Part shown: positions 1-10,082 of the stretch, in pieces
Numbering within the stretch: position 1 is the first letter of the stretch
Layout of the letters: every line of letters begins with the position of its first letter
Source of the DNA: Pseudomonadota bacterium
GTDB taxonomy: Bacteria; Bdellovibrionota_G; JALEGL01; DATDPG01
DNA length: 64,000 nt
Direction: 5' to 3'
Assembly (NCBI GenBank): GCA_043809315.1
Contig: JAZDDX010000011.1
Coordinates: 50,498-114,497 of the forward strand
Made by a program: the position numbers and the translations under genes
The notes under the pieces: model-generated
The model's input: the letters and a program-made list of their open reading frames with translations, nothing else
Databases searched by the model: none
Told to the model about the DNA's origin: nothing

Positions 1-1116
1 GTCGATGAGCGTTCGGAGGGCGATCGTCGGGAGCATGGCGCGCTGGTAGACGCGGTGGGTGGTCATCGCGTCGTAGGCGTCCGCGATCGCGACGACCTTG
101 GAGTAAAAGTTCATCGGTTTGTTGATGCCGGTCTGTGGGTATCCGGTGCAGTCGTAGCTCCGATGGTGTTCGAACGCCGCGATCATCTTCTTGAAGTCGG
201 CCTCCTGGAATCCTTTCTGCTGATCGAGGAGGGTCTTGACCGCTTGGATCGGATGGCTCTTCATCACCTCCCACTCGGCATCGTCGAACTTCCCGGGCTT
301 GTTCAGGATCTCCCTCGGGATCGCGAGTTTCCCATAGTCGTGGAAGAGAGCCGCCACGCCGAGCTCGCCCAGCTGGTTCTTCGTGAGACCCAGGTTTTTT
401 CCGAACTGAACGGCGATGATGCAGACGTTGACGGAGTGATTGAAGGTGTAGTCGTCATAGTTCTTGATGTTGGACAGCCCCATGAAGGCGAACCCTTCCT
501 TGAGACAGACGTCGACGAGATTGTAGACGACCCGTTTCGCCCGGCGCGTTTCGAACGTCTGGTTCGAGCCGATCTTTCCGGCGCAGTCTTTGACGACATC
601 GACCGCCTTGACGTAGTTCCTCAAGGCCGTTCGTTTCTGAGTCACCGCCTCCGCGCTGCCGCCGGCCTGTCGGGCAACGGATCGTTTCTCCACCCGCTCG
701 AGAAGCTCGATCGAGGTGATCTTCCGGGCGGCGAGGAGACCGTTCAGCGATTCCGCTCCGATCTGGGAGAGGTCGGTGGGGCGGGAGAAGACGCGGACGA
801 AATCGATCAGCTCCTGCGTCTCGGGGGGGGTCGAGAAGAGGAACCCTCCGACGTTCTTCCGCTCGAACTCCTCGGAAAAATAACGGAACGGGCCGAACGT
901 GGAGATGTCGGTCCGGATCTTCTCCCCGTTCAGGTAGAGACTCCCCTCGACCGATTCCAAGCGCAACACCCCTTCCGCGGAGAGGAGGTCGGACAAGACC
1001 TTCTGAAAATTCTCGAGGGGGGCTCGGAACGCCTGGTTGCTCGGATCGTGGATGTGCGCCGTCTTGAGCAACATGAACAGCTGGTTGGCGAATATTTTGG
1101 GTGCGGTCGGGACCAT
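1..1116 (-). CDS. HD-GYP domain cyclic di-nucleotide phosphodiesterase (3' end runs off the window)
   Basis: Not in the ORF track; translated by hand from ATG at 1116: MVPTAPKIFANQLF...YTFNHSVNV...ALFHDYGK...ILNKPGKF...HP...EHHRSYDCTGYP...IADAYDAMTTHRVY, matching the HD, HHExxDGxGYP-like and DxYDAM motifs. Confidence 0.9.
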   Translation of the reverse strand, partial: MVPTAPKIFANQLFMLLKTAHIHDPSNQAFRAPLENFQKVLSDLLSAEGVLRLESVEGSLYLNGEKIRTDISTFGPFRYFSEEFERKNVGGFLFSTPPETQELIDFVRVFSRPTDLSQIGAESLNGLLAARKITSIELLERVEKRSVARQAGGSAEAVTQKRTALRNYVKAVDVVKDCAGKIGSNQTFETRRAKRVVYNLVDVCLKEGFAFMGLSNIKNYDDYTFNHSVNVCIIAVQFGKNLGLTKNQLGELGVAALFHDYGKLAIPREILNKPGKFDDAEWEVMKSHPIQAVKTLLDQQKGFQEADFKKMIAAFEHHRSYDCTGYPQTGINKPMNFYSKVVAIADAYDAMTTHRVYQRAMLPTIALRTLID

Positions 1117-1122
1117 TTCTCG

Positions 1123-2868
1123 TCACGCCCCCTTCGGGGCGGTTCCTCTTTCGACCATCCTCAGGGCCGCTTCGCTGAACTTCCGGACGGTGCGGTTTCC
1201 TGTGCGGGCGGCGCTCTTCAAGATCTCCTTCGCGAGCGGGGTTCCGAGGAGGCTCAATCCGAACGTGGCACATTGATACATTTCGTTGAGCTCCCGGCTT
1301 TGGAACCAATTCCGGGTCGAGAGGATCTCCTTCAAGAACGGAACGAAATCGTCCCCGGCGATCCGGGCGGCGGCATGAAAGTAAGCTTTTCTCTCCTGTA
1401 ACGATCTCTCCTTGAACTCCCGGCGGTTGATCGCGTCGACGAGAGCGCGGGCGATCTCCCGGTCGTCGGTGCCGGCGAGAATCCGAAGGGCGAGGATCCG
1501 AATTTCTTCCGCCGGATCCTGGAGGAGGCCGGTCAAGATCCGGACCGCCTTCGGGGTGCGGAAGTTCCGAAGGACCTCGATCGCCTCCTTCCGGATCGTT
1601 TGATTCGGGGATTGAATCAGCATCGGGAGGAGATCGACGATCTTGTCGTTCTTCATGAGCGACAGGATGTAGAGCCCCGAGCGTACGGTGTCGGGAAGAC
1701 GCGAGGAGAGCATCGGGAGGAAGATCCCGAGGTCCCCCTTGTGAAGGCGGGAGATCCCTCGGCCGACCGCCCGCCGTCGGTTGACGTCGGCGATGCTGTC
1801 GATTTGTTTGAGGAGACGGGGGAGGATCGTCGGGTCGATCAGGCTGACGACCGTCTCCAGATCTTCGGCGCTGCCGACTTTGTCCTGATTCAGAGACTGG
1901 ATCATCTGGTCGACGCGAGCCGGAGGCCAGAGGGTTTTGAGCATCCGAGCGAGGAGGGTTGGATCGTCTTTGAACCGGGATCGCGCAGGGAAGGCGTGAA
2001 CATGTTCCATGATGATCCGCGCGATCTGGAGGCGGGCCGTCGCAAAACCGTTGTCAATGACCGTGCCCAAGACCCCGACGATCCGTTCGAACTCCTTCGG
2101 GTCCCGCTCCTCCTGGAGGACGGCCAGGATCATGTCGGTGAAGTCCAAGACGAGGCGCTCCGGCTTGTCGCTTTCCGTGATGTCGATCTGGATCTTGCCG
2201 ATCTCTTCGGGAGCGAGGACACACCGGTCCTGGAATATCTGCGCCACGGCGATCGGATCGAACGTCATCCGGAACTGTTCGTAGACGTCGTTCTCCTCGG
2301 GGAGGGAGGCAACTCCCTGGTACATCCCCATCCCAAGGTCCAGAATCTCCTCGACCTTCTCCGCGGTCGATTTCTGTTCGGCGGATGCTTCCTCGATGAT
2401 CGAATCGGCTACGGTGTACTGGATATGTTCGAACGAATGTTCCCAAAAGACCGTTACGGCGTCGGCGTTGTCGGTCCCCTTGTCGGTCTGCCGTGTGGCG
2501 AGAGCTATTAGAAACTCCACGACCTCGAATTCGCTCAAACCCTTGAGGAAGGTGAGGGAGCGGATGCCGTCGTTGAAGAGACGGAAGGCAAAGCTCTCCT
2601 GCTGGCTTTGGTTCTGGTAGACCGTCGCATCCCCCGACTTGAGTTCGAACGGTTCGACGAAAAGGGGTAGTTCGTCCGATTCGTTCAGATACTGGAGGAG
2701 GAGGGTCAACAACTCCTGCTGGTGGTGAATCAGGGTTGGGTTGTTCGCAGCATAGAGGCGCCGGGAGCGGATTCCGCGATCGATGGCCTGGACGATCTTC
2801 GTGATGCGCGCGACGTCAGCGGCCTGCGCCGGATCGAGATCCACCTTGTCTTGAGAGATGGGGGCCAC
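1123..2868 (-). CDS. HEAT/PBS-lyase repeat protein with uncharacterised N-terminal domain
   Basis: 581 aa ORF; C-terminal helical repeats (IRKEAIEVL, LLQDPAEEIRILALRIL); 6 nt upstream of the HD-GYP gene. Confidence 0.8.
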   Translation of the reverse strand: MAPISQDKVDLDPAQAADVARITKIVQAIDRGIRSRRLYAANNPTLIHHQQELLTLLLQYLNESDELPLFVEPFELKSGDATVYQNQSQQESFAFRLFNDGIRSLTFLKGLSEFEVVEFLIALATRQTDKGTDNADAVTVFWEHSFEHIQYTVADSIIEEASAEQKSTAEKVEEILDLGMGMYQGVASLPEENDVYEQFRMTFDPIAVAQIFQDRCVLAPEEIGKIQIDITESDKPERLVLDFTDMILAVLQEERDPKEFERIVGVLGTVIDNGFATARLQIARIIMEHVHAFPARSRFKDDPTLLARMLKTLWPPARVDQMIQSLNQDKVGSAEDLETVVSLIDPTILPRLLKQIDSIADVNRRRAVGRGISRLHKGDLGIFLPMLSSRLPDTVRSGLYILSLMKNDKIVDLLPMLIQSPNQTIRKEAIEVLRNFRTPKAVRILTGLLQDPAEEIRILALRILAGTDDREIARALVDAINRREFKERSLQERKAYFHAAARIAGDDFVPFLKEILSTRNWFQSRELNEMYQCATFGLSLLGTPLAKEILKSAARTGNRTVRKFSEAALRMVERGTAPKGA

Positions 2869-2966
2869 CTAAAAAAAAAGGATAACAGAGGTGAGGGTGA
2901 TCGACCAGGGTCGGTAGTTGCGAACCTCCGGAAATCGCTTAAGCTCGTAAACCAGAGGAAGATGAA

Positions 2967-3467
2967 GTGGATCGGAATCGATGGGTCTATTACGTAGGGT
3001 TTCCGCTGGTCGTGGCGGTGCTCTGTGCTTTCTCCTACTATCTGGGACTGACGCGGGGAAAGCAGGTGCCGAGCACGTCTCCCCGGGTTGGGGGGGGCTC
3101 GGCTGAAACGGTCCCGCACGAGATCGGCACGGACTTAACGTTCTTCAAGACTCTCAAAGGGGAAGATCCCGAACCGACGAAGATCAAGAAGGCGGAAGAG
3201 CAGGCGGAGCGCGAGGTCGGCAAGGGGTCGATCGCCGTGCAGGTGAGCGCTTTTCGCGATATCGGGAAGGCGCACGAAATGGTGAGCGAACTCGAGAACC
3301 GCGGTTATTCGGCGTTTACGCGTTCCCCGAGAGAGGGGAAGGGGGACGGTTTCTATCGGGTCTACGTCGGCCCGTTCGTTTCGAAATCGGACGCCGATTC
3401 AGCGCTGGCGGAACTCGCCGGCAAAGGGTTCAACCAGGGGTTCGTCACAAACCTGGAGAAACGGTGA
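2967..3467 (+). CDS. Membrane-anchored SPOR domain protein
   Basis: N-terminal TM helix; C-terminal VQVSAF...YRVYVGPF motif of SPOR domains. Confidence 0.85.
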   Translation: MDRNRWVYYVGFPLVVAVLCAFSYYLGLTRGKQVPSTSPRVGGGSAETVPHEIGTDLTFFKTLKGEDPEPTKIKKAEEQAEREVGKGSIAVQVSAFRDIGKAHEMVSELENRGYSAFTRSPREGKGDGFYRVYVGPFVSKSDADSALAELAGKGFNQGFVTNLEKR

Positions 3468-4171
3468 TTGGTTCCGAGCGCGTGATCGTGGCGCTCGATC
3501 TCCCGGATCGAAGCGCCTGTGATGAGATCACCCGCCGGATCGGGCCGGACCTCCGGTACGTGAAGATCGGGTCGCGGCTTTTCACGTCGGAAGGGCCTTC
3601 CATTCTGGCGTGGGCGAGGGAAAGGGGCTTCCGCGTTTTTCTGGACCTCAAGTTCCACGACATTCCGAACACGGTTGAGGAGGCGGTGGCAGCCGTAGCC
3701 TCGCTGGAGGCGGTTTCCCTGCTCACCGTTCACGCGAGCGGAGGGCGGGAGATGATTCGGGCGGCTCGGAAAGGTTCGGAACGCGCCGGAGCAAACAGGC
3801 CGCGGATTCTCGCGGTCACGGCGCTCACGAGCCTGACGGAGGGATCACTCCAGGAAATCGGGTTTTCTCCCGCCGATCCTGCGTCCGTAGCCGGGCGTCT
3901 GGGTCGCCTCGCGATGGACTCGGGAGCCGACGGTCTGATCTGCTCGGCGATGGAAGTGGCGCATTTGCGGGAAACTCTGCCGAAAAACATCCTCCTGGTT
4001 GTTCCGGGGATCCGTTCCGTTGCGGGAGATGACGATCAGAAACGGACTGCAAGCGCAGGGGAAGCGATCCATCTGGGAGCGGACTATCTGGTCGTCGGTC
4101 GGCCCATCCTGGGGTCGACCGATCCGCGCAAGGCGTTTCTCGATCTGGTGCGTGAGACGGAGTCGAGATGA
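3464..4171 (+). CDS. pyrF: Orotidine 5'-phosphate decarboxylase
   Basis: VALD, FLDLKFHDIPNT, VPGIR, DDQKR, VVGRPI motifs. Confidence 0.97.
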   Translation: MIGSERVIVALDLPDRSACDEITRRIGPDLRYVKIGSRLFTSEGPSILAWARERGFRVFLDLKFHDIPNTVEEAVAAVASLEAVSLLTVHASGGREMIRAARKGSERAGANRPRILAVTALTSLTEGSLQEIGFSPADPASVAGRLGRLAMDSGADGLICSAMEVAHLRETLPKNILLVVPGIRSVAGDDDQKRTASAGEAIHLGADYLVVGRPILGSTDPRKAFLDLVRETESR

Positions 4172-4917
4172 GCCGGCCGGCGATGGAGATTTCGATCTGG
4201 GGATCTCACACGGTCGCGGAAGCGCTCGGGTCGCGACTCGCCCGCGTGCACGAGATCTACGTGACCTCCCGTGACGGGGCGACCGCGGAGATCGCCGCCC
4301 TCGGCCGGGAAAAAGGGATCCGGGTGACGGAGATCTCCCGGGAGAAGCTCGCTTCAAGGTTCGCAACCGAAAAACATCAGAATGTCGCAGCGCGGGTCAG
4401 CCTCGATCTGTATGAGTCGGTCGAGGAATGGTGGGAGGAAAGGAACCCTCCGGAGCCGGTGACCCTTTTGTTATCGGACGGAATCCAAGATCCCCAGAAC
4501 CTTGGCTCTCTCCTTCGTTCGGCTCACTTTTTCGGCGCCGATTTGTTTGTGATCACGAAAGACCGGGCGGCCCCTTTGAGCGGGGTTGTTGCAAAAGCCT
4601 CCTCGGGGGCTTTGTTTTCCCTCCCCTTGGCCCGGGTAACGAATCTCGCACGAGAGCTCGAAAATCTGGAAGACCGAGGAGTTTTTCGGGTGGCGCTGGA
4701 CGCGGAAGGGGATCAGACCCTCCGGGGGCTCGACCTGGGAGAACGGAGCGTGGCGCTGGTCGTCGGCGGGGAAGGGGAAGGAATCCGACAGCTTACGTTC
4801 AAACGATGCGACGCGCGCGCGAGATTGACCCTGACGGGGGAAAGGGACTCGCTAAATGCAGCCGTGGCGGGGGCTGTTGCCCTCTACGAACTGAGGGCCG
4901 GACGGAAGAAAAGCTGA
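4168..4917 (+). CDS. rlmB: TrmH/SpoU family RNA 2'-O-methyltransferase (RlmB-like)
   Basis: IQDPQNLGSLLRSA, VGGEGEG, DSLNAAVA SPOUT motifs. Confidence 0.85.
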   Translation: MSRPAMEISIWGSHTVAEALGSRLARVHEIYVTSRDGATAEIAALGREKGIRVTEISREKLASRFATEKHQNVAARVSLDLYESVEEWWEERNPPEPVTLLLSDGIQDPQNLGSLLRSAHFFGADLFVITKDRAAPLSGVVAKASSGALFSLPLARVTNLARELENLEDRGVFRVALDAEGDQTLRGLDLGERSVALVVGGEGEGIRQLTFKRCDARARLTLTGERDSLNAAVAGAVALYELRAGRKKS

Positions 4918-4939
4918 ATCAATTCCCCTCGTTATTTTC

Positions 4940-4975
4940 TTGACACCCGGGCCCGCCTTACATACAAAGCGCCGC
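4940..4975 (+). promoter_or_regulatory. Putative sigma70 promoter of the tRNA-tuf operon
   Basis: TTGACA (4940-4945), 17 bp spacer, TACAAA (4963-4968), then GC-rich discriminator GCGCCGC. Confidence 0.6.
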
Positions 4976-5050
4976 TTCCAAATCGACGGGCTCTCGCACC
5001 CGAAACAATGAGGGACTGCGAGGGTTCCGTGTTTTTGGGAGGCAGGCCGC

Positions 5051-5126
5051 GCTGGCGTAGCTCAATTGGTAGAGCAGCTGATTTGTAATCAGCAGGTTGC
5101 GGGTTCGAGTCCCATCGCCAGCTCCA
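5051..5126 (+). tRNA. tRNA-Thr(TGT)
   Basis: Cloverleaf with GCTGGCG/CGCCAGC acceptor stem, anticodon loop TT-TGT-AA, GTTCGA, encoded CCA. Confidence 0.97.
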
Positions 5127-5157
5127 TCAGCAGTTTGCTGAAGGGGCGGGGCACGGA

Positions 5158-5244
5158 GGAGAGGTACCCGAGAGGTCAAAGGGAGCAGACTGTAAATCTG
5201 CCGGCTTTATGCCTTCGAAGGTTCGAATCCTTCCCTCTCCACCA
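5158..5244 (+). tRNA. tRNA-Tyr(GTA)
   Basis: GGAGAGG/CCTCTCC stem, CT-GTA-AA loop, long variable arm, CCA. Confidence 0.97.
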
Positions 5245-5290
5245 GCAAAACGCGCGGGCGGATGCGGAAAGGTTTCGGAGGGCAGGAAGG

Positions 5291-5366
5291 GCGGGGATAG
5301 CTCAATTGGTAGAGCATCAGCCTTCCAAGCTGAGGGTCGCGGGTTCAAACCCCGTTCCCCGCTCCA
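5291..5366 (+). tRNA. tRNA-Gly(TCC)
   Basis: GCGGGGA/TCCCCGC stem, CT-TCC-AA loop, CCA. Confidence 0.97.
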
Positions 5367-5402
5367 AATTTGAGGTTTTAGAAGTAAGGGCGAAAGAAAA
5401 TC

Positions 5403-5478
<76 letters not shown>

Positions 5479-5512
5479 GGGAACCAGAAACGCAGGCAAG
5501 GAGAAAGGGATC

Positions 5513-6715
<1,203 letters not shown>

Positions 6716-6718
6716 TCG

Positions 6719-6868
6719 ATGTACAGCATCATTCACCTCGAGTGCACGGCGTGCAAGCGTCGGAATTATTCGACGACGAAGAACAAGCGCACGAAGACCG
6801 AGAAGCTCCACTTGAAGAAGTACTGCCGGTTTTGCCGGAAACACGTGGATCACAAGGAGACGAAGTAG
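6719..6868 (+). CDS. rpmG: 50S ribosomal protein L33 (Zn-binding form)
   Basis: Hand translation [24 protein letters not shown]...[17 protein letters not shown]. Confidence 0.95.
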   Translation: MYSIIHLECTACKRRNYSTTKNKRTKTEKLHLKKYCRFCRKHVDHKETK

Positions 6869-6880
6869 GAGTCGGCCGCG

Positions 6881-7261
6881 ATGGGTAGCGATCGAAAATG
6901 GATCTATCTAAGTTACCTTGGCGCAACGCTTCTACTCGCCTGGGTGCTGGATCAGTCGCTTCGCTTGGCGGCCGGGATGCTCCGGATCCACAATCCTCAG
7001 ATTCTTGGCGTCCTGCCGGCGACGGCAGTCATCGCCGGGATCGTGATGGCGGTTACGGCGTACTTCTATTTCCGCCAGCCGAAGGTCGACGCCTTCTCGT
7101 CGGAGGTGGCCCAGGAGCTGCGGAAAGTGACATGGCCGGACAAGAACCACGCCGGCCGGGCCACGCTGGTCGTGATCGTTCTGGTCATCGTCATGGCGGT
7201 GATCTTGGGGATCTTCGACTGGATCTGCACGCATTTGCTCACGCTGGTTCTCGCGGCGTAG
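6881..7261 (+). CDS. secE: Preprotein translocase subunit SecE (3-TM form)
   Basis: ELRKVTWP motif followed by TM helix; position before nusG. Confidence 0.95.
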   Translation: MGSDRKWIYLSYLGATLLLAWVLDQSLRLAAGMLRIHNPQILGVLPATAVIAGIVMAVTAYFYFRQPKVDAFSSEVAQELRKVTWPDKNHAGRATLVVIVLVIVMAVILGIFDWICTHLLTLVLAA

Positions 7262-7293
7262 GGCGAGCATCGTCGAAAGGGATAAGGAACGTG

Positions 7294-7905
7294 ATGGACG
7301 AGCCAAACAAGACGACGGAGCCCGAGGTCGGCACGACTCAGGCGACGTCGGAGGAAGCCGCGCCCCCCAAAGGCGGGGAGATGAAGTGGTATGTCGTCCA
7401 CACCTATTCCGGCTTCGAGATGAAGGCGAAGAGTGCGCTCGAGGAGCGCTTTGTGGCGATGGGTAAAAAAAACTTTTTCGGGGAGATTTTAATCCCGTCC
7501 GAGAACGTCGTGGAGATGGTGCAGGGGGAGAAGAAGACGACCACGCGGAAGTTTTTCCCGGGATACATCCTTGTGAAGATGGTTCTGAACGACGAGACCT
7601 GGCACGTCGTCAAGAACACCCCGAAGGTCACCGGGTTCGTCGGAGGGACGAAACGTCCACCGGCGGTACCGGATAAAGAAGTTCTGCGCCTCACGAAACA
7701 GATCACCGAAGGGACCCTCCGCCCGAAGATGAAGATGTCGTTCGAGAAGGGGGAGAGCGTCCGGGTGATCGAGGGGCCGTTCCAGAATTTCAACGGCCTG
7801 GTGGATGACGTAAAGCCGGATAAGGGGAAACTGCGCGTGCTGGTCTCGATCTTCGGCCGATCGACGCCGGTCGAACTCGACTTCGCGCAGGTGGAGAAGA
7901 ATTGA
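7294..7905 (+). CDS. nusG: Transcription antitermination factor NusG
   Basis: KWYVVHTYSGFE, FPGYILV, KOW motif GPFQNFNG, IFGRSTPVEL; start trimmed to ATG 7294 (GTG 7291 possible). Confidence 0.97.
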   Translation: MDEPNKTTEPEVGTTQATSEEAAPPKGGEMKWYVVHTYSGFEMKAKSALEERFVAMGKKNFFGEILIPSENVVEMVQGEKKTTTRKFFPGYILVKMVLNDETWHVVKNTPKVTGFVGGTKRPPAVPDKEVLRLTKQITEGTLRPKMKMSFEKGESVRVIEGPFQNFNGLVDDVKPDKGKLRVLVSIFGRSTPVELDFAQVEKN

Positions 7906-7916
7906 GGTAACGGAGT

Positions 7917-8345
7917 ATGGCACCGAAAAAGATTCAGGCATTGGTGAAGTTGCAGATTCCCGCGGGGAAAGCGAACCCCGCACCGCCGGTCGGACCCGCA
8001 TTAGGCCAACACGGCGTGAACATCATGGAGTTCTGCAAGGCGTTTAACAACTCCACCCAAAAGATGGGGGACACGATCATCCCGGTGGTCATCACGATCT
8101 ACGCCGACCGGTCGTTCACCTTCATCATGAAGACACCGCCGGCGTCGGAGTTCCTGAAGAAGGCAGCCGGGGTCCCGAAGGGATCCGGCGAGCCGAACAA
8201 GAACAAGGTGGGGAAGGTGACCCGAAAACAGATCGAAGAGATCGCAAAACAGAAGATGCCCGACCTGACGGCGGCAACGCTCCCGGCGGCGATGAAGACG
8301 ATCGAGGGAAGCGCCCGGAGCATGGGGCTGGAAGTGGTGGACTAA
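7917..8345 (+). CDS. rplK: 50S ribosomal protein L11
   Basis: [28 protein letters not shown]. Confidence 0.99.
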   Translation: MAPKKIQALVKLQIPAGKANPAPPVGPALGQHGVNIMEFCKAFNNSTQKMGDTIIPVVITIYADRSFTFIMKTPPASEFLKKAAGVPKGSGEPNKNKVGKVTRKQIEEIAKQKMPDLTAATLPAAMKTIEGSARSMGLEVVD

Positions 8346-8349
8346 GAAT

Positions 8350-9051
8350 ATGGCGAAGAGCGGAAAAAGATACGCCGAATCGCTCAAGGCGATCGACCGG
8401 AACAAACGATATCTCCTGGAGGAGGCCGTCGGTGCCCTGAAAGCGGGAAAGCCGGGGAAATTCGACCAGACCGTGGACGTGGCGATCCGTTTGGGGGTCG
8501 ATCCCAAGCAGGCGGATCAGATGGTTCGCGGTACCGCGATGCTCCCGCACGGGACGGGAAAATCCCTGCGCGTTGCGGTCGTGACGAAAGGGGAGAAGGA
8601 GCGCGAGGCGAAGGAGGCGGGGGCGGACATCGTCGGTGCCGAGGATTTGGTCGAGAAGATCAAGGGGGGATGGTTCGAGTTCGACAAAGTGATCGCGACC
8701 CCCGACATGATGGGGCTGGTCGGGAAACTGGGAGCCGTTCTCGGGCCGCGAGGCCTGATGCCGAATCCGAAGTCGGGGACCGTCACGATGGAAGTCGCGA
8801 AAGCGGTGAAAGATCTGAAAGGCGGCAAGATCGAATTCCGTGTGGATAAAGCCGGGATCGTGCATGCGGTGGCCGGGAAGGTCTCGTTCTCCCCGGAGCA
8901 GATCAAGGAGAACATCGCGAGCCTGATGGAATCGATCGTCAAGGCGAAACCGTCGGCCGCGAAAGGCTCGTATATCAGGAGCGTGACGATCTCGACGACG
9001 ATGGGGCCGGGGGTCCGTGTGGATCTCACGGCGTTCTCGACGCACGTGTAA
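8350..9051 (+). CDS. rplA: 50S ribosomal protein L1
   Basis: [22 protein letters not shown]. Confidence 0.99.
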   Translation: MAKSGKRYAESLKAIDRNKRYLLEEAVGALKAGKPGKFDQTVDVAIRLGVDPKQADQMVRGTAMLPHGTGKSLRVAVVTKGEKEREAKEAGADIVGAEDLVEKIKGGWFEFDKVIATPDMMGLVGKLGAVLGPRGLMPNPKSGTVTMEVAKAVKDLKGGKIEFRVDKAGIVHAVAGKVSFSPEQIKENIASLMESIVKAKPSAAKGSYIRSVTISTTMGPGVRVDLTAFSTHV

Positions 9052-9062
9052 AGGGGACGATC

Positions 9063-9599
9063 ATGGCCGGAACGAATCGAATCTTGAAAGAGCAGAAAGT
9101 ATCCGAACTCGCGAAGAAGTTCGCCGCCATCGAGGCTGCGGTTCTGACCGAGAACGGCGGCGTGACCGTCGCAAAGATCACCTCCCTGCGTGCGAACCTC
9201 CGGAAAGAGGGAATCGGTTTTGAGGTGATCAAGAACACGCTGGCGTCCCGGGCGGTTGTCGGCACCCCCCTTGAATCCTTGAAGGATGAGTTCACGGGTC
9301 CGACGGCTCTTGCGTTCACCGCAAAAGACCCGGTCACTCTGGCGAAGCTCCTGACGGAGTTCGCGAGGACCGAACAGAAATTTCGAATTCGAGCCGGTGT
9401 CCTAAGCGGCACTCTCCTGGGAAAGGCCCAGGTAGAGGAGTTGGCCAAGACACCGAGCCGTGACGTGCTGCTGGCGCGATTGGTGGGAGCCCTTCAGTCG
9501 CCGTATGCCGGGTACGTTTGTGTTCTTTCAGGGATCCTTCGGAAGTTTGTATATGCCCTCGACGCTGTCCGAAGGAAAAAAGAAGAGCAGGGCAAGTAA
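9063..9599 (+). CDS. rplJ: 50S ribosomal protein L10
   Basis: [15 protein letters not shown]; position in rplKAJL. Confidence 0.95.
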   Translation: MAGTNRILKEQKVSELAKKFAAIEAAVLTENGGVTVAKITSLRANLRKEGIGFEVIKNTLASRAVVGTPLESLKDEFTGPTALAFTAKDPVTLAKLLTEFARTEQKFRIRAGVLSGTLLGKAQVEELAKTPSRDVLLARLVGALQSPYAGYVCVLSGILRKFVYALDAVRRKKEEQGK

Positions 9600-9620
9600 A
9601 GAGAGTCGGGAGACCTTGGT

Positions 9621-10001
9621 ATGGCAAGCAAATTGACGAAAGAAGAGTTGGTTCAATACATCGAGTCGATGACGGTTCTCGAGCTCAAAGAGCTCGTGGG
9701 GACCCTCGAGGAGCATTTCGGCGTTTCTGCGGCACCTGTTGCCGTGGCGGGCGCAGCGGCTCCAGCGGCAGCCGCCGCGGCGGAAGAGCAGACCGAGTTC
9801 ACGGTCACGCTCAAGGCAGCCGGGGAAAAGAAGATCCAGGTGATTAAGGTCGTTCGGGCCCTCACAGGCCTGGGCTTAAAGGAAGCCAAGGATCTCGTCG
9901 ACGGCGCTCCGAAACCGGTCAAAGCCGGAATCAAGAAGGAAGATGCCGACAAGATGAAAGCGGAACTCGAAAAAGAAGGCGCGACCGTCGAGATCTCTTA
10001 A
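9621..10001 (+). CDS. rplL: 50S ribosomal protein L7/L12
   Basis: Ala-rich hinge, [21 protein letters not shown]. Confidence 0.99.
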   Translation: MASKLTKEELVQYIESMTVLELKELVGTLEEHFGVSAAPVAVAGAAAPAAAAAAEEQTEFTVTLKAAGEKKIQVIKVVRALTGLGLKEAKDLVDGAPKPVKAGIKKEDADKMKAELEKEGATVEIS

Positions 10002-10082
10002 CCACGGCCCCGCACGCGCGAATCCTAATGGGCCGTCTCAGATTGACTGAAGTTGAATCCTTTTTCCGGAAGGAGTGAGGGA

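Noticed and set aside
55-1401. 448 aa + strand ORF
   Set aside because: Antisense shadow of the HD-GYP and HEAT genes; no motifs; expected with high-GC codon bias
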